A DNA stretch of 64,000 bases, taken from NCBI RefSeq assembly GCF_009914755.1, contig NC_060947.1, one strand, 5' to 3'. A program made the translations under genes and the position numbers. A model generated the notes under the pieces. That model was given only the letters and a program-made list of their open reading frames with translations. It ran no database searches and was not told where the DNA came from. Each line of letters opens with the position of its first letter. Position 1 is the stretch's first letter. The DNA comes from the human T2T-CHM13v2.0 reference genome, Homo sapiens. Positions 52,305 to 64,000 of this stretch are shown piece by piece.

Positions 52305-55300
52305 CACACAAAGTCTATACAGAATTGTAATGCTGACATAGCTTCCTGAATAAGATGCTTATAGGACACTAATAAACAAGGACATTGACGAATGGTTTTA
52401 TTCTCCTGGGGAATCTTTGTCCCCCTTCTTCCAGAGTTTATGCAAACTAAAAAGTTTATATTTTTAACACCCTGTTGTGCATTCCAATATGGGAGGTCAG
52501 CAGTATTTCAACAAAGAAACCACTCATGAGTAACGATTTTACGGAGACAAGAGTAGGGAAACGAACTGTTTGAAATGAGTCTAATTCCTTGTGTGATGGC
52601 TAATAAAAAGAAACATCTGAACACAGTGCTTGAGAAGCATTTTTGTACTGTTCAACAGACTGAAAATAATACCCTTTTTTCTGGTCTGCATTACCATTAA
52701 TAACAGCCTTCTCTTCTGGTCATGTGTGTTTACAGAGGGAATAAAGATTGATACCAAGAGCTTGCCTTTTTTTCTTCCCCACTCAACTAGACACAGACTG
52801 TCCGGATGATATTTTTAGCACAAACCAACTTTGATTTTTAGAAGTTAAACGATTACTAGTCTCTAAATATTTTCAGAAATTACTTGGATCTGTGAGGAAG
52901 CTAGAAATTTTTCCAGGTAGCTCTCAGAAAAAGTTGTTTAGAAAGTAAAAGGTTATGCTCACATCTTGCCTTTGTTTAAGGAAGCTCTTGAACTCTCCTG
53001 AGAGGAAATATTCCATCTGTTCTATCCGCTTTCTCTTGACCACACCTGGAAGAATGTCCAGGGTAGAATAGAAGAGTGATTGTACACTAGATAGAATAAT
53101 CCATGAACTGCAGGTTGTCAGCTCCCCCAGTGTATTTAAGATGGAATTGCCGTTACAAAATTTCAACATATTCACAAGCATTTCATATAAGAAGGGTCCC
53201 CTGGAGTTCAATGAACCTTTTATTCCAACTTATAAATAATAAGTGCTTTCATGAATTGATTCCCACTCCTCTTCTCATCTTGTCTCCATTCCATAGTGTT
53301 CAACTCATCTCTGCCATGACCAAAACAGCCTCTCACTTAGTTCTATAAGACCTCATCTCTCTTCCTTCAGTTTTGTGGCCTTCCCTCATCACAGCAAATC
53401 TTTCTGCTTAGAAACTCATACCTCCAAGGAAGCTACAGGGAGGCAATCTGAGACAATGGCAGTGGCCAAGACTCTGCCAGAAAATCCTCCTTCCCACCAA
53501 AGAACCTTGAGAGTAAGCCTGACAATTCTGTGGGGTGGGGCACCTATTATTAGAAACAGCTGTGCCTGGAATTTCCTTAGTAGGGTATGTTATCAGCACC
53601 CCTTACAAGAAAAACACAGAGAAGAGTATTAACTGTACAACTACATAATATGCACACCCTATAAAAGAGCCCACATTTCCCTATTAGGAGAATGAATGGT
53701 TAACATGTACTATAAAAGAAAATTTCGAGTCTTACATGTCTCTCAAATTATGAATTTTGTGTTTACCCCACCAAAAAACCAACAGGGTATTCACTAAACC
53801 ATTCAACTATTTGCTCATTAGAAACTCACAGCCTAACGTAACATTGGTCCTCTCCTGTCCTTCACGTCAATATTGTTGGGCCATCAGCCAAAACCTAGAG
53901 AAGTAAGCTTCATCTTGGTGAATTGGGATCTCTACTGTCAGATACAGTTAGCCTGACTAATGGGAACCACAGCTTGCCAAAATCTACAGCCTTCCTGTCT
54001 GTTCCGCCCACCAAATATGCTTAGAAGTCCCATGGCACAAGCCCAGCAGTTCACATATCCCAATCAACTATCAATAGCTTAAGTGTAAGTGATTGTGGAT
54101 GAAGTACAAGCCATGTGTTTCCTTTTTAGTTGCAGTAATTCCTGTGCTATTATGGCACCCATAATGTTCATACCTAATGATTCAGACAAGCATCCACGAG
54201 CTAAGTGCTATGGTATGTACATGCTACAATGCACATGCTACAAATACAGAATTCAGTGAAGCACTAATAGGCATCCCAGTCCCAAGTTCCAGAGATACCA
54301 CATAGGCAATATTGACAGGATCACCCCCCGACTACAGTTGAATATGATGGATGATGGAGAGGTTCCCCTATGCCCTGCTGGTATTCTGGAGGCATGTTTC
54401 TGCCTCTTCAGGCTACCACAACTAGTAAACAAAATAATGCATGTGTGTACATCATAGACTGGAAATCTCTAGTGAGTGTCTTATCACCCTGACCATCCAA
54501 TATTGCATCAACAGTAATTTATTGAATTTTCCTCTCTTTCTGTTCTTGAACACTTTCCATATGATTCAAACTCAGTGATTTATCAGCCTAGCATTTCTCT
54601 TTTTCAATCCAGAGCTCCCCATCCTATAAAAGAATATTCTGTCTCAGAGACATTTTGAAGTGAGCTTCTCAGAAAAATAGTTTTTCAATAGCCAGTTGTA
54701 ATAGGAACGAATATCATTGATTGGGTTATTCCTAAATGCATTACAATCCCCAGCACATTCAAAAGGCAATGCTTTGTTGTCTTCCTTGATCAGGACCATG
54801 TCTTGACATTCATATCCAGTAGGAAGCCAAGTACCTTTGTGTTAGCTATCAATGATACTCCCCCAAGAATAACCTGGAGAATCTATGGCATCAAACAAAA
54901 CCTGCTATATCATCAGAAATCCCATCCTTTAGGGCTCAGGAATACGTATGCCCATGTTCCTCTTTAGAGAGACAGAATAATTACTGGATCTAAGACTCTA
55001 TTGAACTGAGCAGGGCCAACACTGTACATAATTGTGGGTGGAGGAACAAGGACAAAGGAATTGGATGATCCATAATATTTGTATTTGTTATGAAGAAATT
55101 GCATTTCCTTCCATAATAATAGTGCTCCTTTATTAGAAATCTTTAGCATTACTTAGCTATTCATTATTTAAACAAATCTCAAGAAAACAAAACTGAGTCC
55201 AAATATTAGAACAAATCAATATTTTACAATCAATACAATATTTCTCTACTCTTGCTTTCAGTGACCACAAAAAAGAATCAATTGGAATATAAATGTAGCT

Positions 55301-56532
55301 ACAATTTCAATAGATATTTTATTGGATTTTTTCTTGTCATATTTAATATTTGGGGCTGCCCTACTTTGTCCAATGTCTTCCATTTCTTTGTTTCCTACTG
55401 CCATAACTGGAGCATATTTGAGGATATAATTTTAGATTTTCCTAGCCCTTGCCTAGTTCTCATCCCCTACTGATAAGAAGCTATAATACAGTATAATTAA
55501 CTACAGCTGCCCCATCTTCACTTCTGACTCTAGGAGCTGAGCAAGCCGACTCCGCAGGGTGTGGACTGAAGTGGGTGGAAGAATGTCTGGCTCCAGCCCA
55601 GCTATGGTGTGCCACTCCTAAATTGAAATCCTCCCCCATTAGACGATACTTAAGTTCTGCAATCATGTTTACACAGCTGGAACTGTACAGACCCTGAAAA
55701 TCATGCAAAGCACAGACTAAGACTACTCCTTGCTTCATTCTGAATTTAATCCTATTTATCTAAAGAACAAATGAATGCATTAAATTCCCAATGTTGGGGT
55801 AACAGCTGCTGGGAAAGAGAATGAATGCTCCCCTTCTGAACAGAATGTTCATTGTCATGACTGCAGCAGCCCACAGGTGTGAAGCATTCTACTAGTAAGT
55901 AAGCAGCAGCCAATAAAAGTTCGGTCCAGAAGGAAAAGCAGTAATAACAGAAAACACAACCATCCACCTCAGAAAACAATTCATTGTATCACCATATTTA
56001 AAAAAAAAAAAAAACCTACTTACAGTGAAGAGACTAGCGCTACCTGAGTGAAGCAGGGTTTCTAACCATACTTGCCTTGAGAGTGTGGATGAGTCTGCTC
56101 TCCCCTTCATGTATCCCCCTACCCCGAGTCTGTCATATTCATGCTCACCAACACCAAAGAGAGCCTCCTTCCCACACACACATACATAGCTCCTTCAGCT
56201 CTGAAGGTAGAGAAAAGATAGAGTGTAAGCTTGGTCCTAAGCATTTGGCAAATATCCCTACTGATGACTTACAACTACAGGGACTGGTGAAGAAAGTTTT
56301 TAATACTGCTAAGTTTTGGGGTGCAGAAAAGCAAAGGCAAACCTTTCTGCTGTAGCATTGTGTCCAAAGGCAAACTTCTCTCCAGAAAGGATGAGATATA
56401 AGCTAGATCTACTGGAGCAACTCAAGACTTCATTTGTTCCTTGCCAAAGGGAAGCTTACTACCCAGCAGCACATCTGAAGTTAGCTCTTCTGAGTGAGGT
56501 GTACATGTGAAAAAGGTACCATCCTTTTCCCA

Positions 56533-56797
56533 GAGGCAGTGCAGCAGAGTCTAAGACTATGGGCTCTGGAGCGAGACTACCTTAGAGTCCCAGATCTAAG
56601 ACTTAACAGCCCTATCCTATAGAAGTTACTTAAAGTTACTCTGTGTGCCTTTTTTCCCTTCCATAAGTCAGGACTAATAGCACTGACCTTCATAAGGAAT
56701 TGTTGGAATGACTAAAAGAGGAAATGCATGGAAGCTGAGCTACACAGTGCCTCGCACTAAGGAAGAATTTAATATATGTTAGGTAGGTATTATTATT
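56533..56797 (+). mobile_element. MIR SINE
   Basis: GAGGCAGTGCAGCAGAGT...GGGCTCTGGAGCGAGACTACCT...AAGTTACTTAA. Confidence 0.75.
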
Positions 56798-58654
56798 CAT
56801 CAAGCAGCTCTAATTCTCTGGGATAAATGGAGTCCAAGCTAGCCTTATCATTTGACCATGTAGCCAACTATTGGTGGGATATAAAGGAACTGATGCTGGG
56901 GAAAAGGCCATATCCTGAAGACATCACGCCATCAGGCTGCATTGGTGACCCAAATGCCACCATTAGGTATTCTTTTGGATTATCATCACATTGAGATACA
57001 AATACTATTTGGAAAGAAAGAACAGGTCATTTTAACAGGTCCCTTGAAATAATTAGGATTTTGGGGAAATGGAACATGGACCAGGTAAGTTTTTTATGGG
57101 GAAAGTAGGAAACGAGGAAAGACTGGGAATGCAGGGCCCTGAGTAGAAGGGTTAATGGTGACAGAAACTAAGAAAACCCAAGGAGAATATTGGATGCCTA
57201 TGCTCCCAAATGGAGGGGAAGGTGCACGCAGATAGATATAGTGGCACTGTATAAATAATTGTGCCAAGGGCTGGCTCTTGCTTACACCTTCTGAGAATGT
57301 GAGAAATATTCTTTCCCTCTGTGCTTTCCTTTTCTCCTAGGCACAGAGCTAATTCTGGCTCTCTGTTGCAGTAGATCTCATCATTTAAGAAAAAAAAAAA
57401 ACCTACACATGCAGAATGCATTCAAATTTTAAAAATAGACCTCAGAAAGGAAATATTGACAAGATGCCTAATATGCTAAGTATATGGAATTAAATTGAAT
57501 GAGGCGTTTGGGGTGGGGAAGCAAAAACGGGCTGCACCACACACATTTGGAACAGCACTACTAAACCCACAATGCTTTTGATTGATTAACAGGGAGCATA
57601 ATGTGAGAGGGGAATTGGAGTGGAGTGGAGAAGTTGACTTGATATCTTAAGTGTAAGGGACACATATGATAAAAGGAAATCCCAACAATTAACAAGGGAT
57701 GTGAAATCATAAAATTAAAGGCTGGAGGGGCAGATGAAGTCAAAGTACATGAGGAAAAACAGTAATCACTTTCTTAAATACAGGTACATAAGACTAAAAT
57801 GGAATAGGCAAAAGGGCTTTTCAGAAACTGAAGTGAAGATCCTGTGACAAATGAGGGCTATTTGATTCAGGAACAAAATACATTGAGGATCTTCTTATCT
57901 GCTATTTCTCCAGCAAAACCACATCAGGGACACCAGGCTAGGTTCTCCTCGTAGATCAGCATCTCAAAAGGCTGAACAATGAAATCACTGGAGATAATGA
58001 GGCAAATGGACCTCTGAAAGATTGATAAATCCTCCACTTCATATGAATTAAGTCCCCAGAAGACTAAAAGACACTAAAGGCAAATTGGAACAATTCTGGC
58101 CATGGGATTTGGTAGTTCCATCACACAGGAAATGGGCTAGTAGTCCTGAACTAATGGCCAGCTAAAAAATCAAAGGAAAGAGCTAATCATTCCATTTTGG
58201 GAAAGGCAGAGGCAGCTGCCAAAGTATCAGAGGAGGAACAGCTGTGTTCTTCACTTAGGGGAAAGACCTCATTAAGTTGAAAATTGCTAACTATTCAGAA
58301 ATGGATGATTCAGTAAGGGAGAAGGAAGATGAGAACATGAATTTGGTGTAAAAGGAAAAGAGGACCATTTCCACGAAAATACACACACTTGAAAGCAGAG
58401 TTAAGCTAAACATATGCAAACAAAAGCCTAAAAGAAGGAATAAGCTCAGAATGTTGAACAAAAGCCAACTTCACCAATGTCTCACCCTCATTCCTCTTGC
58501 CACAACGGAAGGATTATTACAGCCCAAAGCCCCAGGAGTAAGAGTCAGATTTCCCACCTTGCCCTGGTCTTTAGAAATACACAGGAAAATCCAGCCAAAA
58601 TGTCATCCACTTTCCAAACAATCTTTCCATATTAAATATACAATAAACAGTAAT

Positions 58655-58815
58655 AGAGTATTAGCAATAATAAGCACCTATAAGTCATTCCAATCCAAAC
58701 TCTTCATTTACAGATGAAAAAAACTGGAACCCAAAGCGAGGAAGCAAGTTGCTTGAGATCACACAGAGTTAGTGGCAGTTCCAGGACCTGAATCCAAATG
58801 CTTGAATCAGGGCTT
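58655..58815 (-). mobile_element. MIR fragment
   Basis: CATTTACAGATGAAAAAACTG...TTGCTTGAGATCACACAGAGTTAGTGGCAG. Confidence 0.7.
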
Positions 58816-60167
58816 TTCCCCTTTCCTATGCAATAAAAACCCCAATTAAAAGAAAAAGGCAATAATAAACACCTCAATAACTATTGGGATGTTAAGAGTA
58901 ATAACAGTGTGTTTAAACAATGTGGAAAATCGTTTTTGGATCATTTTTGAGAAATGACAATCACCAAAATGCCCATATAGTACCACAAAGAACTAATCAA
59001 TCTTGAATGACTGGGCCTTAGCACACTTGCAGTCCAATAAGCCAAAAAGAATAGAGCCATATGATAAAACTTTTGAAAACATCCTATCTAAAACAGCCCA
59101 GATCAGTGGAAATGACAAGAAAAAAAGAAGCTAAAAACTTGCATTTCATCAGCATTTTTTTGAAAGAAAAAGTTCTTTTTTTTTTTTTTAACCTTTTTTT
59201 TTCCCATAAGTGATTGGGGTACAGGTGGTATTGGTTACATGAGTAAGTTCTTTAGTGGTGATTTGTGAGATTTTGGTGCACCCATCACCCAAGCAGTATA
59301 TACTGCACCCTATTTGTAGTCTTTTATCAATCGCCCCCCTTCCACCCATCCCCCCAAGTCCCCAAAGTCCACTGTATCATTCTTACACCTTTGCGTCCTC
59401 ATAGCTTAGCTTCTACATATCAGTGAGAACATGTGATGTTTGGTTTTCCATTCCTGAGTTACTTCACTTAGAATAATAGTCTCTAATCTCATCCAGGTTG
59501 CTGCAAATGCCGTTAATTTATTCCTTTTTATCACTGGTAGTATTCCATCATATAAATATACCACAGCTTCTTTGATGGGCATTTGGGTTGGTTCCACGAT
59601 TTTGCAATTGTGAACTGTGCTGCTATAAACATGTGTGTGCAAGTATCTTTTTCGTATGACGACTTCTTTTCCTCTAGATAGCTACCCAGTAGTGGGACTG
59701 CTGGATCAAATGGTAGTTCTACCTTTAGATCTTTAAGGAATTTCCACACTGTTTTCCATAGTGGTTGTACTAGTTTACATTTCCACCAGCAGTGTGGAAG
59801 TTATACCTGTTCACCGCATCCATGCTAACATCTACTGTTTTTTGACTTTTTGATTATGGCCATTCTTGCAGGAGTAAGGTGGTACCGCATTGTGGTTTTC
59901 ATTTGCATTTCCCTGATCATTAGTGATGTTGAGCATTTTTTCATATGTTTGTTGGCCATTTGTATATCTTCTTTTGAGAATTATCTGTTCATGTCTTTAG
60001 CCCATTTTTTGATGGGATTGTTTGTTTTTTTCTCATTGATTTGTTTGAGTTCGTTGTAGATTCTGGATATTAGTCTGCATACATTGTGAAGATTTTCTCC
60101 CACTCTATGAGTTGCCTGTCTACTCTGCTGACTGTTTCTTTTGCAGTGCAAAAGCTCTTTAGTTTAA

Positions 60168-60490
<323 letters not shown>

Positions 60491-61234
60491 TATCTTTGTT
60501 TTTATTGCATTTGCTTTTGGGTTCTTGGTAATGAAATCCTTGCCTAAGCCAATGTCTAGAAGGTTTTTCCAATGTTATCTTCTAGAATTTTTATAGTTTC
60601 AGGTCTTAGATTTAAGACCTTGATCTATTTTGAGTTGATTTTTGTATAAGGTGAGAGATGAGGATCCAGTTTAATTCTCCTACATGTGGCTAGCCAATTA
60701 TCCCAGCACCATTTTTTGAAAAGGGTGTCCTTCCCCAACTTTATGTTTTTGTTTGCTTTGTTGAAGATAAGTTGGCTGTTAAGTATTTGGGTTTATTTCT
60801 GGGTTCTCTATTCTGTTCCATTGGTCTATGTGCCTATTTTTATACCAGTACCATGATGTTTTGGTGACTATGGCCTTATAGTATAGCTTGAAATCAGGTA
60901 GTGTGATTCCTCCAGATTTGTTTTTTTGTTTTTTGTTTTGTTTTGTTTTGTTTTTGCTTAGTCTTGCTTTGGCTACGCAGGCTCTTTTTTGGTTTCATAT
61001 GAATTTTAGTATTGTTTTTTCTAATCCTGCAAAGAATGATGGTAGTATTTTGATGGGGATTGCATTGAATTTGTAGATTGCTTTTGGCATTATGGTCATT
61101 TTCACAATATTGATTCTACTCATTCATGAGCATGGGATGTATTTCCATTTGTTTGCGTCTATGATATCTTTCAGCAGTGTTTTGTAGTTTTCCTCGTAGA
61201 GGTGTTTTGCCTCCTTGGTTAGGTATATTCCTAA

Positions 61235-61237
<3 letters not shown>

Positions 61238-61272
<35 letters not shown>
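61238..61272. repeat. (TA)n microsatellite followed by a T run, inside the L1
   Basis: Read directly. Confidence 0.9.
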
Positions 61273-61280
<8 letters not shown>

Positions 61281-63214
61281 TTTTGCAGCTATTGTAAAAG
61301 GGGTTGAGTTCTTGATTTGATTCTCAACTTGGTCGCTGTTGTGGTATAGAAGAACTACTGATTTGTGTAAATTAATCTTGTATCCGGAAACTTTGCTGAA
61401 TTGAAAGAAAACGTTCTTAAATATCAACATGAGCAAGAAACCAGCAAGGTTAGAGGGAAGGAAACTTGAAGACTCAAGCTGTGATTCAACTGAAGTGTTT
61501 TGGTCAATGGAATTACCAGTGACACAGAAAACACAGCAGTCCAACTCAAAGAGTAAAAAGTAAAACACACACTGAGAGGTCAATATCTATACAGGTGCCA
61601 GTTCTGTAGACATACCTGGGTACTATCAAACATGCCCCTGAGCTAGTTAGGCACACCAGCTATTTCCTTCCATCTCATAGTAATACTTCTGACTCCCTGA
61701 TCTTTCTGGCTTTACTGCTATAATCTGCTGCTGTTTCCCTAAGCAACATCTCTTCCAAACTGGAGGCAGTAACCCTTTCATAACAGGAATGAAAACTTCC
61801 TGTCAGTCCAATAGCCTTTGAGATTTCAAATGGAAAGCAGAACAATGCCCTGAAGTCACATAATATATCCAGGAAACACAAACTCTCTTCTGATCCTTGC
61901 ACTGCTTTACAATAGATCATTTCACCTCTGGAATCTGTAAAATAAGGTAGATAAGAACTGCCCTGGGGATCAAACATTGGTGGATGGCATCTGTTGTTTG
62001 GTAATGTTCAGAGAAATAAATTGATCAGCGCTTATTCACTGAGGGTTTTCCTCACTCATGGTAGTATACTGTGAATTGTGTGGAAGGAGAGAAAAAATAG
62101 TAAAGAAGGTAACTTTACCAAATAAAAATAAGCCATAAAAATCTTCACAAGGGAAGACTGAACCACTAAAACCCAAAAAAAAAATTCTCAATGTCATTAA
62201 AAATTATTTCTATTCTCTGTAAAAACACAGTGATGAATGAGAAATTGCCTAGAGGGGAAAAGGATAGAATTAGGCTGAGGTGAAAGCAGGGAGGGTTGGA
62301 GAAAGAACTAAATAAGAAGCATCAGGGGAAAAAGTGTGTGTGACGAGAGAGGAGGAAGAAGATAGGGGAAAGGAGTTTATATAGTAAAGTTAGCAGTTTA
62401 CAACTGGCTCCAACGATGAAAGGACATCAGATTTGGCTTACAGTGTTAAGAGTTTAAGAACAAACCAACTGTGAGAGGTGTGACATGATGGCCATAGAGG
62501 AGGAATCTACTTAAACTTTAAGAAAAATGGAGACAGTTATCAACTAGAAATAGCCACCTTGTTTAGGAAAGGAGGAACGATCAGACAATTAAGTACCCTT
62601 AAGAGTTACTTGGTCCCTAATACTAGAAGTTACAAGCCCCTCACTTGGTAGACCTTCACTGGTTCTTAGTTTTAACAATAATTTTGTCTGAGATAGACAA
62701 GTGACCTGCTACTTGTTTGATTTTCATCCTATGCTTCGTGGCATTGCCATTGAACAGTATCCAAAGAAGGAATGCCAAAGGGAGGAAATTAAGATGAAAG
62801 AGTAATTACCCCTCAAAGCAAGCGCACCACACCATCTGTTAATTTGAGTGTGGCACTCATTACAGATCCATTGGCAAATGGCTGTGTGCTCAGGAATCTG
62901 AAAAGGTTGTACCCAGAACCCAAAATCAGAATAAAAGAAGCTCAGAAGTTGAAATGTCTTAACAATTATCAACTCTCTCATTTTACATTTTTAAAAAACA
63001 GGAAAAAAGCAAATTAACATGATATAAACTCTGTACATGGATATTAAAGAACGCCAAGTAAAGGAGAGATCAGGACAAACCATTAGTCAAAAGAGGCTGC
63101 TTTCTGGGACTTAAATTTTGCTTGTAATTTTAAAGAGAGAAAGAGACGTAGATAAGTGAAGAGGGGAGACAGGAACCCAGGGAGAATGTTTCATCAGCAT
63201 CATCTTGCCGCTAC

Positions 63215-63385
63215 TCTTTTTAAGTGCCTACTGTGGAACAGACACTGCACTAAGTGTTTTACATGTGTCATCTCATTTAATCCTTACAACCACCCCACAA
63301 GGCAGGTACTACCAGTATCCTCCATTCTGCAGATGAGAAATCCAAAGACCAGACTGGACAAGTAACTTGTTTATAGGCTATGAAT
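63215..63385 (-). mobile_element. MIR SINE
   Basis: CTAAGTGTTTTACATGTGTCATCTCATTTAATCCTTACAACCACCC...CCATTCTGCAGATGAGAAA. Confidence 0.85.
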
Positions 63386-63539
63386 CTGTGGAATATGATG
63401 AGCACATAAAGTTCCCAATTCTCAGGTCAGGTCAACAGGCCAAGGAAGAGAAGGGAACAAAAAAACAAAAACAAAAACCAAAAAACGGCAAAACACCTAG
63501 CCATCCGATTCACAATTATATTGTACTAAGAAAAAATAC

Positions 63540-63540
<1 letters not shown>

Positions 63541-63583
<43 letters not shown>

Positions 63584-63592
63584 CAGATAGAC
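63541..63592. repeat. (AGAT)10 AGAC AGAT AGAC tetranucleotide STR
   Basis: Read directly. Confidence 0.95.
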
Positions 63593-63781
63593 ACTTTGAT
63601 TATTGGTCTTATCAACATTAATGCAACATTGCTCATCATCCCACCTGTAAATATACGAATTGAGACTTTGAGAGGTTAGTGACTTATCCAAGGCTCTACA
63701 ATGAACAAACAATAGAATGAAAACTACAATTCTCATTTCCCAGTAGGTCATGGCATTAAAGTATGTTAGGGACTATAATGA

Positions 63782-64000
<219 letters not shown>

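Noticed and set aside
55005-55610. Possible old hAT DNA-transposon remnant
   Set aside because: Termini and TSD could not be established by eye.

Overview
Primate (human-like) genomic DNA, repeat-rich with roughly one third LINE-1. The only protein-coding sequence is the terminal exon of PCDH19 (protocadherin-19, Xq22) on the minus strand. Its CDS runs 35252-34654 and encodes the CM2 and WIRS motifs. A ~4.6 kb 3' UTR follows, ending near an ATTAAA signal at 30040-30045. Positions 35253-64000 are the preceding large intron and 1-30020 are downstream intergenic DNA. The other long ORFs in the track are decayed L1 ORF1/ORF2 pieces or shadow frames. I see no new gene or novel multi-gene system. 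Two signals stand out. First, a TSD-bounded L1MA has lost its 5'UTR/ORF1/endonuclease interior and carries instead a 339-bp, ~97%-identical inverted copy of sequence 3.3 kb away, a template-switch scar. Second, the 3' UTR has a site pairing 18 of 22 nt of miR-484 with a mismatch at the slicing position, alongside neuronal miRNA seeds, two RNA G-quadruplex motifs, a PUM element and CPEs. Repeat subfamily calls and miRNA sequences are from recalled consensus, not from a database search.
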